From: Cyanophora paradoxa CCMP329
Taxonomy: Eukaryota; Plantae; Glaucophyta
Reading direction: 5' to 3'
Assembly (NCBI GenBank): GCA_004431415.1
Contig: QPMI01000071.1
Span: 124,001 to 188,000 of the forward strand
DNA length: 64,000 nt
The notes below the pieces were generated by a model that saw only the letters and a program-made list of their open reading frames with translations, had not been told where the DNA came from and searched no databases. Of the stretch, positions 1-13,154 are shown piece after piece. The translations under genes were made by a program, and so were the position numbers. Numbering within the stretch: the stretch's first letter is position 1; every line of letters begins with the position of its first letter.

Positions 1-80
1 CCGGTGGCGCCGACGTTGTGCGCGAGAATATGTTTACTTGTAATACTTTAGGAGTTTGAAGTTTATTTTCATGATCGAAG

Positions 81-1140
81 CCTCTGTTTAAAAGTAAGGA
101 AACTATTCGGGCGGACCCTCGCCGGCGGCGCCGAAGTTGCGCGCGAAGACGACGACGGGGTCGCCCCCTGCGCGGCGAATTCGAAAGCTCAAGGGGCAGC
201 GCCGGGCGCTAGGAGCTCGAGGGGCTGGGGGGAGAAGGGGGGTACTGGATTGGGGTGGGAAGAAGGCAAGGAGGCGGCGGGGGCGAATGGCGCGGGGCCT
301 GATCATGAAGAGGGGCAGGGGGGATGGGGGGCGGGGCGGGGCGGGGCGGGGCGGGGCGGCCGTTCGAGGCTCTAGGCGAGAGGGGGAGGCGGAGGGAGAC
401 GCGCGAGGGGGCCAGCGCTGGCTTGAAGGCAAGTGGTTCTAACTTAGAAGAGCAAAAGCGTGGTGCTGGGGGAGCAGTATTCCGGCCTACACAACGGGAA
501 CGGCCTACAGAGGAGGAGGCGGGGGGGGGGGGGGGGGGGAGGGGGGGGGAGGGGGGGCTGCGGAGGGGCGACGTTTTGAGGCCTAGAGGGCGCCTAGATC
601 ATGATCTAGACTCTCTTTGAAATGAAGGAAACTATATATAGAGGGCCTGGAGGGAGGAGCGGGATCGGTAATGTAGGTGCTATAGGCTAAGCTATAGGCA
701 TCGGGGCCGCCCATTCGAAGGGCCCGGGGCGGGCATGCAGCGGGGCGGGCGCCTAGACGTCGACTCTGTTAGAACTAAGGAAACTGTTTTTAGAGGGCCT
801 GGAAACTAGAGGCGCACACCGTCGACGGTTAGGGACCATATCTCCGAGTACGCGTCGCCGTCCCCCGCCGCCAGCTGCCGCCCCCGCCCGGCGGCCTCAG
901 CGCTAGCGCTTGACGTCGCTTCAGCTTCTAGCTAAGTTAGATAGCTAAGGCTCGCATTTGCTTCGGCTTCAGCTTTAGCGGGTCTCGGCAGGGTCGCCGG
1001 GCTGGGCCGGGCCGGGGGCCGGGGGCCGGGGGCGCCGGCTCGAGATTTGCGGTGCGGGTCGTCCGGAACACGTTCCGGATCCGGTCGACGCGACCGGCCG
1101 GATGTCGCCTTAAGCTCCTGATTTCTCCGGACGGGTCTCG
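81..1140. repeat. Degenerate repeated flank (CTCTGTT..AAGGAAACT motif x3; GC-rich GGTCTCGGCAGGG..GGGCCGGGGGCGCCGGCT unit) that hosts the LINE insertion
   Basis: ctct(g/c)tt..aaggaaact recurs at ~82, ~611 and ~763, twice followed by tagagggcctgga. The unit at 981-1040 is repeated at 1134-1155 and continues at 9686-9713 once the LINE is removed. Confidence 0.5.
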
Positions 1141-1155
1141 GCAGGGACGGGCCGG

Positions 1156-4100
1156 CCATGGTCTCTTGCATTAGCACACAACACAACTACAATGAGTTTC
1201 ACATCGCCCAATAAATCTCTCCGACTAGATACTATCGAGGACCGTCGTATGCTGTGCTTTAGAAAGTACAAAATGAACGAAAGGTTTGAAGGTTTCGTGT
1301 CTAGATATCTAGCTAAGGAGGTTTCTACCTAATACTAATGATGTGGAAGCTAGCTGTATCGATTTCTAAACTAACCTAAACTCCCGGCTACGAGGTCCTA
1401 TCTCTACAAAAGACTCCCAATCATGGTACGTCCGCCGCCAGCGCTGCCCAAGGGCCTCGCCGCGCCGTGTGCCAGGCTCCTCGCCAGCCCCAGTAGATTG
1501 GGCTACTGGCCGCCTCCTGCCGTCGCCTCCGCCGCCTCCAGTTGTTGGTGTTGCGTCCTCCGGCCCCGCCCCCAGACCGCAATCCCCCGTGTCTCCCTCT
1601 AGCGCGGGCGCGCCCTTTTTGTGCCCACGCCCCAAGCATACCTGTTCGTATGGTCGTACACTTGCATGGCCGCCGAAGCCCGGACCCAGCCGTAGTCGTC
1701 TGGCGGGCAGCTCAGGTGTGAGAGGGCTAGGGTTTCCCCGCCCTGGTGGCGGGACTCGAGGGCACCGCACTCCCTGCAGCGTTCCCGCTGCCGGGGCTCC
1801 GGATCCGCGCGCTTCCTGCGAGCGTTGCCAGCCGTATCGTCAGGCGGCGCGTCGGCCTCGCGGTCGCGCGCCCCAGTGCGCTTCGCCTTGGCGCGACGTT
1901 CTTTCATGACCTTCGTGATCCCGCACGCCTTCTCCCACTCCGCGTACGCCTGGCATCTGGCGGCCCACGTTTTATGGGCCTGCTCGCCTATGGCCGTCGC
2001 CAGCTTGCGCACGACCTGGGCAGCTTTCTTGGCGTCCGGGACGGTCTCGCGGACCATGTCGGTGAGGCCCGCCGGGGGCAGCCCCGTAGCACGCACATCT
2101 GCGCCTGCCGTTCAGCCGCCGTGAGCGTCGGGTCGTTGACTCTCGTGACCTTCAGGGATCTGGAGAGCGCGTGTGGCACTGATCGCTTCTGCGCGCCTTC
2201 GAGGGCCTCGCTGACCGTCGCTGCGATGCGTGCTTCCGCAGCGGTGCGCGCCTCCGTCGCCACCGCGCTGGGGCAGGTGAGGACGTGCTCCAGCGTCTCC
2301 TCGGGCCCAATCACAAGCCGGGGCCGGCCTTCGCCATCGATTTCCCGCGTGCTGCAGAGCGCACAGAGTCCTGCCGGGTTCACTTCGCTGTAGAGCTCGG
2401 GCGCGTCTCGCTTGCGGACGAGGGCCGTCGCCACCGTACCCATCACGAGTTTCATGTGCGTACCCCGGAAGCAGTTGCTCTCCCGGCTCACCCCGACTCG
2501 GCGGGGCCCCATAGCCATCTGATCGTACACGGCCCCATGGTCCACTGGCAGCCGTAGCCACTCCCCGGCCTTGAGCTGGTTCGTCCACGCGAAGTGCGTG
2601 TGGTGCGCGTGAAGCACAGCGGCGTGCCGCCGGGGGTCGCCTTCGACTCGCCTGACTATCCCGGTCGGTCCCTCGATCGTCAGCACTGCCGGCATGCTGA
2701 ACTCGGGCGGCAGGAAGATGTTCTCGTCCAGTTCCTCCTGTTCCAGGTGCGCGCCTTGATCGGCCGCTCTGTCGGCGGCGTCGTTTAGCTCGTGCATATC
2801 CTCGTCGCTGTGCGCCTTGACCTTGATAACCGCAGCCGGCCGCTGCCGATCCCGTCCCATCACCAGGGCACGGAACTTGGACCACGCGTACAGCTCAGCG
2901 CTGCACGTGTTCCGGATGTAGTCTCGCATGTGCATATCGTGCGCATTCAGCACGAACTTATCGAACCACGTGCAGACGTTCTGACTGTCCGTGTGCAGGC
3001 GCACCCCCTGCGCCGCGAGCACGTCGGCGACGATCGCAGCCTGGAGCTCAGCCTTGTTGTTCTCTTGAAGCCCGCGCAGCCTGCCAACGTACGTGCCTGC
3101 CCATTCCGGGTGGTTCGCCACGGTCCCGTCCGGGAACTCAGCCGGGCTCACGACGCCGAGGCCCGCGTGCGCCCCTTCCGTTTGACCCTTCTTCAGGCTC
3201 CCGTCCGTCCATATCCACTGCTCGAGTTTCCCCGGGCGACGGCCGAGCTTCGCGAGTTCCGCCTCTTCGATCTGCTCCCAATTTGCCAGCATGTGCTGCC
3301 AGTAAACGGTGAGGGTGACCCCTTCCTGCGCCGCCCGGGAGTCCCAGTGGCGCGGCGCTCCGCCCGCGTAGTAGAGTTCGCTCTGCTCTGCTGAATCTGA
3401 CACAGGTTGTGCCTCGTCCCGCGGCTCGGCGCCCGGCGTCGCCGCCGCAGCCACTTCCAGCGCGGCCTGCAGCTCAGCCTCGGCCTCCGGGCTCAGCTGT
3501 TCGCGGAGGAAGCGCTCGTCACCATCCTGTACGGCTTTCACGCGGGCCTGGAGAAGCAGCGCCCTGCGTTTCTCGTCGTCTTGCGTGCGCAGGCCCGGGT
3601 CGTAGTACTCCAAGGTCGGTCGCAGGGCGACCTGCTTGCGCCCGCGCTTCGACTTCGTCTCCTGACCCGCCGCTACCGCCGGCGTCTCCTCCGTCGGTTC
3701 GCCTTCCAAGGCGAGGAGGGTATCCTCCTCCTCCCACCAGCCCTTCCCGTGCGTCCACGAGCCGTCGCACTGACTCATTTCGGGGCAGCGCGATGGAGCA
3801 TTGCGCGTGCACCGGTCGTCATGGTGCCAGTACTGCTTCCCTGTCCCCTGCACCGCCGTGTACGTGCTCGTCCGCCCCTCTATTTCGGGGTGCCGGCAGT
3901 GACCGTCGCACCGGCAGTAGAGTCCCTCTTTCTCCGCGTCGGGGTCCGCGCCCTTCGGCACCGGCACCCAGTGCTCCAGCAGGTACTCCGACGCTAATAT
4001 GCTGCCCGTCTCGGATTTGAACGTAACGACTCGCCCCACGTGGGCTCGGCAGATTCATCGTGCAGTTGCTCCGCCTCAAATACGGCTACGAACGCGTCCT

Positions 4101-7100
4101 TTGCCCACTTCACCTTCCGGGCCCCGCCAGGGAGCGAGGCCATGGCTGACGCGCGCTCTCCTGCCCGCCGCATCGGGTGCCGCAGCTGCTTCCCATCAAC
4201 CGCGAGCGCGTTCGCTACCTCACGCCACCACGCAGGTTCGCTCTTCTGCAGCGTCCCCTTGGGCGCGCCCATGTACAGGTCCTGCCAGGTTCGCAGGGTC
4301 TCGCCGTCCGCTGCCGTCACCGCGTCCATGGTCGTCACGCCCGCCCCGTACAGGGCAGGGGCCGCGACGCTGAAGACGGATCTTGGGATGTGCATTGCCA
4401 CGACGTAGCGCCGGTCGAGGCGCTCCGGGTCAGGCCAAGGCTCCGCCCCGGGCAAGGTGCGGAACGCCGCATAGCGCGCGTGATTCGACATCAGCCGGTA
4501 CTTACGGCGCTGCATTTGCGGCATGATCGCCGCCAGGGAGTTCCCGCGGGCGAGTTCGCTGGAGATGGGCGCGTTTAGGAACTCGGTCGGGAGCAGAGGC
4601 ACCCCAAGCTTCTCCTGCAGTGCGCGCACCCGGTGCCGTACCCCCGAGCCAGCAGCGAGCCCTCGGGCGCGCAGAGCCGGATCTGAGCCTCTGTGATTTG
4701 CGCCTCCGCTTGCAGGTGGGCTGTTCGTTTGAGGCTGTACCCCCCGTGGCTCCAGATTGCGTAATTCGTCGTCGAGGCGGCGAGGTTCCCGTGGTGCTTG
4801 ACGACCCTCATCCAAATACGATCGAGTTCCTGGCACTGACTCTCGCTCAGGGTCATGAGCTTCAGGCCGTACGAGATGCGGGCCTGCACTACGGCCTCGA
4901 CAAGGTAGCAGGCCTCGTTCGCGGTGAGCTTCTTGCGTTCTATCAGCGCGACTGCGCCCCGCGCCTGATCGCAGATGTACTGCCACTGACGATCCCAGTT
5001 CAGGTTTGCGCTCATGTATACCCGAGGAGCTTGAAGTGCTCTTGGGGCTGGCGGACAAGTCCGACGGGGTACCGTTGATCTTCGGCGGGGAGGGCTGCTT
5101 CTCCTTCTTCTTCGCGGCGGGGTGGGCCCCAGGTTTGCTCTCAACTTCGCGACGTGCGTTGTTCCACGTGAAGATCGTCTTCTTCGCGTTGACCTCGATA
5201 TCGTGCAGGCGGAAGAACTCGCCGGCCACGTCGGCCTGGGCCTGTAGCCCCCGCATGCTTCCGCTCATCCACTTCGTGTCATCGGCGTACGCCACGCCGC
5301 TGACGCGGGCCCGGCCCTCGCGTTCCGCAGCATCGGTCTCCCTCGGGTTCCCCATCACGTACGCCGTGCCCGGCTCCTCCCAGCTCTCGGGGTGGGCATA
5401 GTGCTCTATCGTCTTTGCCGTCTTCTTTCCGTGCTGGCGCTCGTGCTGATCCAGGCGCTCTTGCGCGCAGAGGAGGGCATCGTAGAAGATCAGCCAGTGC
5501 AGCGGCGACTCGACACCGCCCTGCGGCAGCCCGCACTCGAGCTCGAACTCGTCGGAGAGGCCGTGACCGGAGATTGCCCGCGCCCTGCGGCGCCGGAATA
5601 TGTTCCTGTGGAGCTCGATGTACCCCTCGGGTACGTTCAGCCTCCGCATCGAGAGCTCCATGCTCTCCCACGAGACGGAGTCGTACGCTCGCCTGATATC
5701 CTGCAGCAGGATGTACAGGGGCTTCTTGAACTCCTTCGCGTCCTCGAGGACTGCGTTAAAGACGTGGAGGGCGTCGTCCGTCGAGCAACCAGGTCTGAAG
5801 CCGTAGTTGGCCCCTTTCAGGAGCCCGTTCTGATGGATTGTCCGGGACAGGCGCGCGTTCAGGAGGCCAGTGGTCAGCTTCAAGGCCACCTCCTGCAGGG
5901 TGATCGGTCGCAGGTTATTTTCGATATCCCCGTCCCACTCCCGGCTCTTAGTAATGCCGAGAATGTTGCCCTGACACACGGCATCCGGCAGGTCCCGGAG
6001 GCGGATCGCTTCAGCCACCAGCGAGAGCAGCAGCTTCCGGCCCAGTGTACGGGCTCCTCTTCCGTGGCCTCCTCGGCGCTCTCGTTGGCTGGGCTCGGGC
6101 CCTCCGGCGCTGGGCCACCGGCCTCGTCGCCCTTACCGTCTTTGGGCTTCGGCTTGGGCACCGGCGCCCATAGGAACTTTACCATAGCATACGAGAAGTT
6201 CGACGGCCCGGCTGCCGTGTTTCTTAGCGTTTTAATGTAGTCGCCGAGCTCGCCTTCGCTCGGCACCGACATGTCGTTTCGGAATAGTTCAGGATCCGCG
6301 TATGCTTTTGGCTCGTATTCCAACCTCCAGAAGTCGAGCAGTTCTTTCCCCATGCTATCCTTCAGCGTGCTTTCCGGTATTGTCTCTGGGGTGCAGCCCA
6401 CGCGTGGGCGTCGGCGCCGGCACCATTTCCGCCAGTGCTCTTTTAGGAGTCGTTTCACTTCCTCAGGCTCCGTGTAGATTTCATACGTTTTTCCGTCCTT
6501 GGACACACGCGTGATGTGCATGATCGGGCGGTTTCGCGGCTTTTCTAGCACCGCGGCTATATAGGATCCGAGCTGGCGGCCGTCCATGAACTTGTCTAGC
6601 CTCTCTTTTAATGCCCTCTCGACGTCCTCCGCCTGGAGCGCCCGGCGGATTTTCTGCAGGTCGTGCCGCGTCCGGTTTCGCCATACTTTCAGCTCCCGGA
6701 AGAAGGTCGCCCAGTCTTCTTTGAGCTGCCGCCGGTGCACCTCGGCCCAGTCCTCTTCCTGATCAGCCGGGGGGGTACCTGGGGACCGGGGTACGGCTGG
6801 GACCGGCGCGGGGCTACCGCTGCGCGAGCCTTGTGAGCTGTGCGAGCTCGAGTGCGCATGTGGGGATCCGGGCGGCGGTGAGCCTTGCTCAGCCCTTGCT
6901 TGGCGCCGTTCAGCCGGACGGAGCGGGAAGGGTCGGAGGCCTTCCCTGGCGGTCACGTAGTGCAGCAGCTTCTCGATCGCCTGGACCGTCAGCTCCGACG
7001 GGATCCCGCCTGGTTCCTTCCTCCAAGCAGCGAGAATGCGGGCGACTCTGGCGTCGGCCTTCGCCTGCCACGGCAGGTTGCGCGGCTTGGTCGGCTTCCC

Positions 7101-9670
7101 CCCTCGGCCCCTCATGCATAGATGTTCCTTTGCCACCTCCTGAACAAGGCTCGCGCACGCAGCGTGGATGCGGCTCAGTCGTTCGAGACGCTCTTCCGGC
7201 GTGCCCTCGCCGACGGCGTCAAGGTCCGCCCCGACAGCTTCGCCGAGCTGCCTGTTTAGCTCTCTTTTCAGCTCATCTTTCTCGTTTTGTGTGCGCTTCA
7301 GGCCGTCCGGGTCAAATACTGGTGGCCCGGGTTTCGGTTCTGGCTTCGGTCCCACCGGCGCTGTCATGCCCGCCTCCTTCAGGTCGAAGTCCGCGAACGC
7401 TGGATAGTGGTCCGAGTCGTGCGGCGCATCGACCCACGCGGGGCACGTGTGCGCGCTGAGGAGCACGTGATCCAGTGATTCCGAGACCAGCACTGCATCG
7501 ATGCGCGCCGCGTGCCAGAGCGCATCTTTTGGTAGGTCAGCCGGCGTTTCCTCCTCTGCTTCGCGTTCCGCGTCCTCTGACTCGTCTACGCCGTCTGACG
7601 GCACAGGTGCCGCCGCCGCCCCGACCGACGCCCCTTGGCCCTTGCTTCCGTGCGGGGTGCGGTGCGTGATCTCGCGTGCTCCGCAGAGAGTTCCGTCATC
7701 ATGTTTCGCCGCGTGGGACATCCCGGCGTCGCGCAGGTCCCACGAGTCGATCATCGTGTGCCACCACTTCCGTTCGGCTTTGTGGCTCTGGGCCAGGGCG
7801 CCGTTTCGGATGCGCGAGCTCGACGGGACCGGGACCGAGTTCCAGTCTCCCAGGAGCAGCAGGTGCGCGTTTTCACGCTCGTAGAAGTCGTCGTACATCT
7901 TCGTCAGTTCTTCGACGACCTTCTCCTGATCCTGGCGATGCGCAGCTTTGCTCTCGGACGCGGGCATGTACACGCTCGCCACGAAGAGCTGGAGGTTCCC
8001 TTTGAAGCGGAGCTCGAATCCGATCAGCCGGCCCTGGACCTCGTACTTCGTCGTGAGGTGCTTGACCCATTGCGGCGCGACCCAGAGAGCGGCGCCGCTC
8101 CCTCGCGTTCCGTCTCCTGATTTTAGCGTGTACAGGAGCTTTCCGTGCGTTATCGCGCCTTCCGGCTGGAGCGGGTCCTCCCCTCTCGACCTCAGGGCGG
8201 CGGCCATCTGGGGCCTTGTCATCGACAGCTCCTGCACGCCCGCTACATCGACGTCCCAGCGGCAGCAGAATTCTTCTAGCTGCTGCAGCTTGTAGGCGCT
8301 GGACCCTCTCGTGTTGAAGGTCATGGTCCTCAGCACCCCGTCCGGTTTCTGCTTCCTGATAGCCGGCTCGTCCCCTATGAAGTCGCCACCTTCGGGGAAC
8401 AGTCTGGGGGAAAGACATTCTCCAGACGGAGCGTCGCAGCCGCCGCGGGTCCCGCGCCCCCGGCCTTCTTGTTCAGCTGCAGCTTGGTTGCATTTTGTTT
8501 CTTTTGGCCCGTCGGCTTGCTGCCGGACGCCTTTGTAGGTGGGGCTGCTTTTGCCGCGGCGGGGGCCGCGGCCGCAGATTTAGTTTTCTTTTTCATTTAG
8601 TAACATTAGATGCGTGGACTTTTTGCATCCCAGTGCCCCGCGGATGTGCACGGGAAAGCTATGACCTGCGGGGCAGATACCGGTGGTGCGGTTGACAAGG
8701 CCTGAGCGGGGAGGTTACAGGCAAGCTTAAGCCTGCTAGAAGTGAAGGGATTCTCATTGTCAGAGCACAGAGCACAGAGGGAGCACAAAGGGCGGTGGCT
8801 AGCGATGCTCATGATCAAATCTAGACGCCGGCTAGCGCTGCGGCAACGGCCGCTTGCTGGGGGCACGCGCATATGCAGCCGGGCGGAGCGCGGGGCCAGC
8901 GACGAGGTCAAAAGGGCTTCCTCGGACAAGTCTTCGACTTGCAGGTCGTACTGGCTATGGTCTGATAGCGACGCATGCGCAGCTGGGCTGCTCTGCGCAA
9001 CGAAGACGTGAACGTCAACGTGCAATCTCGAGGGCAGCAGGGATTCGTCGGCAGCACTTCTTTCAGAGACGAAGGCGGCATCCGGGGCGCGGCGTGGTCG
9101 CCGGCAGGAACTGGCATGGATCGTTTGCACTGCGGGCACGACTGAGTCGCCGGAGCTTGACCCGGGGCCGGGAAAAGCTCGATCGGCGAAGAGACATTCC
9201 GAATCACGACTCGAAAGTCGGAGATCAAATTCCGTGGGCGCCCGGCGGGCCACCGAGCAACAAGCGAAATCCCGGCGGGCCGAACGGACGTACGCGGCGG
9301 CGGCGGGGATCTAAGTCTATGTTTTAGAGGGTCTGGGCATGTGCACGCCGCCGCGAGGGAGCTTGCGCAGGCAGCGGGGGCACGAGAACTATTCAAATTT
9401 CGGGAACATGGCGCGCGCCAGAGGGCTTCCCCTGACTGAGAACAACTTCTATTCCATGGATTTGGTGGCGAAAGGTCCGATTTTAGAGCGAAACGCGAGA
9501 GGACGGCCGGCATACCTCCATCTCCGGAATTCCGTTGATGTCGATACCACCGGGCGCGCCAGGGGCTACCGAATGCTTCTACGCTAGCCGCTGGTCCCGC
9601 CGCGCTTTTGCACGAGCAGGAAAGACGTTTTCAGGAAGCCCCCTTTTTTTGGGGTACACGAAAACTCTCC
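1156..9670 (-). mobile_element. Full-length non-LTR retrotransposon (APE endonuclease + RT + RNase H, single long ORF)
   Basis: Exact 15-bp target-site duplication gcagggacgggccgg at 1141-1155 and 9671-9685, enclosing a complete APE-RT-RNH-Zn-knuckle coding region with ~1.07 kb 5' UTR and ~0.44 kb 3' UTR. Confidence 0.92.
1599..8596 (-). CDS. Retrotransposon polyprotein (APE endonuclease, reverse transcriptase, Cys/His insert, RNase H, C-terminal Cys/His knuckle); split by several frameshifts
   Basis: APE motifs TFNTRG, GVQE, SVYMP, LLGDWNS, RIDAVLVS, SDHYP (ORF 5880-8336). RT motifs LRPITL, YGFRPG, DIRRAYDSV, GLPQGGVESP, YADD, VNAKKT (3994-6018). RNase H motifs IWTDGS, NNKAELQA, HTDSQ, KVKAH, NDAAD and knuckle CALC..ETLEHVLTC (1988-4039). 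Tail W..RC..EWEK..GIT (1599-2096). The pieces abut in order in different frames. Confidence 0.9.
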
Positions 9671-10396
9671 GCAGGGACGGGCCGGGCCGGGGGCCGGGGC
9701 CGGGGGCGCCGGCTTCGGACCAGGAAGAGCTTCATATTCGGGCTTTATAGCCACTCAGCTTAATCTTGCTAGCTTACTCTTCGGGCTTCAAGTTAGTAAG
9801 AAGTGGATTATAATTACCAGGAAGAGGCGGTGCTCGGCCCAGCTGTACTTCAGGTCGCGCGGCCGCCCGAAGAGGCGCGACCCCGGCGCCCCGCCCACCT
9901 GCCGGAAGGGAGGCCGGGCATCAGGGAGGGGTGGGGTGGGTGGGGTGGGGGAGGGGGGGGGGGGGGGGGGGGGGAAAGGAGGCCGGGCCTCGGCGGAGAC
10001 GAAGGAGAAGCGGAGACGGTTTCAAGCCTCGGGAGTCGGGATCTTCTAGGCTTAAGGATCGATCGCGAGCCCAAGAAGCAGGGATGGAATATTTCAGGGT
10101 ACGGGGCGAATGAGCCTCAGGAGCGTCGGAGTTGGCGCCGGGGATGAGCCTAAGCTTAAGGTCTAGTGGTCCTTGTTCATTATCATGAGATTTAGCTATA
10201 GAGCCGTCAGCTTGAATTTAACTCTAAATCGGCTTAGAAACGGCCTTCTAATAAGACTTAGAGCTGTTCGAATTCGGGCGCACGGAGTTGGCGCCGGGGA
10301 CGAGCCCCGCGGCGCAGCCGGCGATGGACGAGGCGCCCAGGTCGCCCCCGGGCCCCCGCAGCGCCGCGACCGTGTTCGAGGCCGGGTCGTACAGCC

Positions 10397-11530
10397 TCAC
10401 TGCGCGGCGGCGGAAGCCAAGATATAAGCGGAGCTCAGGTGCCGGGTGAAGCTCATGATCAGGTGAGGCGGGGGCGCACGGCGGCAGTTGTACTGCGCGA
10501 GGAGGGAGGGAGGGGGGGGGAGGGGGAGTACGTGAGGGGCGAAGCCCGGCGGGGGCGGGGGGGGGGGGGGGGGGGTCCGGAGAGGGGGGGGGAGGGGAGG
10601 GCGAGGGGGATACGCGCACATCCCCCACGACTACTTTTCGGGATGGTAGCGCTGCGGATGGGGCGGGGGGGGGTACCGGTGTGGGCGAGAGGCAAAGAGG
10701 CCCTCGAGGGCAGAGGGGGTACAGCTCACGCGCAAACGCCGTGATCCACCTGTACATGTCGCGAGTGGCTTCACGTCAGGCGTGCCTGCAGCTGCGGGGT
10801 ACTAGGTTGAACGGGGGGGTACGGCGCACTCGAAGAGGGCGGTCGTCGAGTCGCCGTCGGCGTTTCCTTGGTACGACTGCCCGAGCTGCTTCTGAAGCGT
10901 GCAGGTCTTGGGGTCGATCTGCGTGCGCTCTGCGGGTCAGGGGCCGGGGGCCGGGGCCTGCCCGCGGCCGCGCAGCCCCGGGGGTACGGGCCCCAACGCG
11001 CCTTGTACATGTACGTGACTTCCGGCGGCCGAGAGAAAGGCGGTAAGGAAATGGCGCGGGGTACTGCAGCGGGGCGCGGCGGGGCGCGCACACGTGCCCA
11101 TCCACAGCATTTGATTGTACTGCGCGCGCGCGGGGCGTCCATTACAATTATATTAGCTGCAGGCGCGCTCGGGGCCGGGGCGCAGGGGCGGCGGCAACAG
11201 AAGAAGCAATCGCGCACCTCGTCGTACGCTATGCTCATAGAGTACTCGAGGAGCGCGGCGGTGCCCTCGTAGGGCACGGAGACCGTCGCCGTTCCCGGGT
11301 TGCCGGTGTCCGTCAGGCTCCCCACGCAGTGCGCGCTGCCGCTCATGATCAGCGAACGAAGGAGATCTAAAGCGCGCGGGGGACGGCTGCTGGCGGGCGG
11401 CGCACTATTGCCCGGGAGCGATCCTGTTCACGTTGACGTCGGCGCCGGCCGCAGGCGGCAAGACCGCGCCCACTCGCACGCAGGAGAGCGCGGCCAGGGC
11501 CAGAAGGAGCGTCGCTCTGAATGTGAGCAT
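10397..11530 (-). CDS. Multi-exon host gene, putative secreted Cys-containing protein of unknown function
   Basis: ATG at 11530 gives MLTFRATLLLALAALSCVRVGA (signal-peptide-like). A GTGCG...GCAG intron joins it to YAHCVGSLTDTGNPG...DCFFCCRR, and further exon-like pieces (YMYKARWGPY, IDPKTCTLQKQLG, MYRWITAF, IMSFTRHLSSAYILASAAAQ*) are separated by C-rich introns. Exon borders are approximate. Confidence 0.55.
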
Positions 11531-12024
11531 CCTGCGGCTCGCCTAGCGCAGCCGCGCGGCGGCGCGAGCTGGCCGCGCGCGCCTCCTGACAAGCTGGATG
11601 GTCTCGGAGCTTCGGAGCTTGCGGATTGAGATCGCGGCGAGGGGCCCCGCTTGCAAGGAGCTTCCTGTCTCGTGCAAACCGCCGCTGGCACGCGCTGGAA
11701 CGGCCCGCTGCAGCCGGTGTTGCCAAGAGAGATGCCGCAGGCGGGAATGCTGCGCGGCCTCCGACTGGCGGGAAAGCTTATGGGCTGCTTGTAGCTAACG
11801 AAACAGGAGCAGCGGCGCCTGCGGATGGCGCCGAACGCTCGAGCCTCCCGACCTTATCCACGCCGTCCGCGCTGTTCGGGTACCCGGGAACCGGCTTAAG
11901 CCTTAAGGCTTAAGCTTCAACTTTCGGCCGAACAATCGCGCGCAGAACTACAGTGTGTAGTTGCGCTTGCGCGCGTTCAAGCGACGAAGGCAGCGCGGGC
12001 CGCTCATCGCACTTGTGGCTTCGG

Positions 12025-13083
12025 GCTCGTTCGACGGGCGCGGCGCGGCTCCTCGCTCGGTCCCGCGCGTGCCGGCAGAACGCTCTCGGTGACTCAAAGC
12101 TGAGAGAGCCGGGCGGCTCCGCCTTGTGTGCTCGAGAGCCCGGCTGCATGGCGCGCGCGGTGAGTGCGGAGCTCCGTGGGCGCCCGGCCCGTCCTTAGCT
12201 TTCAGCGCTGAGTGATGTGCGGGCCCGTGCAGGCTGTTATCGCTGCGGTCCGCCCGACTCTGAGCGGGCTCTGAGCGGATCCAGCGCAGCTCTAGATCTT
12301 GAGGTACGAAGGTGCGAGCGGGCGCTCCTTCCGCCGCTCTGCGCCGCCCCGCGGGCGCTTCCAGCCGCCTTCCCGCGTTCATCGCTCGGCAGGACCGTCC
12401 CATCGACTGCGCTCGACGGCAAGGGGGCTCCGTTCAAGTTTCAGAAGATCATCTGTGCACGTGCGTTCCAGACCCGCCCCGCCGCCCCCCACAGCTCCCC
12501 ACCACCTGACGCATGGCCCAGTTTTTCAAGCTTCAAGCGCTCATCTGAACGTTGCAGGCTTCCCCCGCCTCCTCGTTGCAGCCTCACACCACCTGACGCA
12601 TGGCCCGGCCAGTTTTTCCGCTGTACCCCTCCACCCCGGCGCCGCGGAAACCCCCAGCCGTCACATTCGGACCCTCCGCGTCATTCCCGATCGAACGGTG
12701 TGCGTCACGCCGTGGGTAGCGTCGAAAGATCCTGTACCCCCCTCGCCCCCCGCCGGCCGACCTTCGCCCCAGGACCCCGTTGGTTTTTCCTCCCGCCCCT
12801 TTAATTTGGAGGGCGCCGGATCCGATGGTGAGCTCCTCGCGGTCCAGTCCTGTGCGTATCGCGAGCTGATCCGGACCCCGACCCTCGAATATCAGGTACC
12901 CCCGCGCTTTGGCGGCGCCAGGCGGCCAGCCTGGCCATGGCAGGCCGGGGGCCGCGGGGACGAGTTCCGGTCTCGGAGCGGGGAGCGAGAAGTCCACCGC
13001 CGCTGAAGCAGAGGCTGAAGCATTCTAATTCGCCGCAGGCGCTGCCACTCCTGTGGCCCCTTTCCCCCCTCTTCGATCGAATT
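12025..13083. repeat. ~1-kb dispersed block, copy A
   Basis: Shares the core cgaacggtgtgcgtcacgccgtgggtagcgtcgaaagatcctgtacccc..caggaccccgttg..ggatccgatggtgagctcc with the copies at ~30.0, 34.2 and 40.9 kb. 12327-12458 is identical (132 bp) to 41226-41357. Confidence 0.88.
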
Positions 13084-13154
13084 CGAATACATCCCCCCTA
13101 CCCTCCTCCTCCTCAAATCCCCCGGATGTATGTCGGAACTGTCGGAACTGTTCT

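Noticed and set aside
8606-9513. ORFs of 215 and 201 aa in the LINE 5' region as a possible ORF1
   Set aside because: No RRM, CCHC knuckle or coiled-coil pattern; they overlap in different frames. Treated as 5' UTR, though a frameshifted ORF1 cannot be excluded.
12420-12450. GTTCAAG as a Pol III B-box / tRNA-derived SINE in the 1-kb block
   Set aside because: Incomplete B-box consensus, no A-box or cloverleaf, and present in only two of the four copies. No hammerhead core found by eye either.
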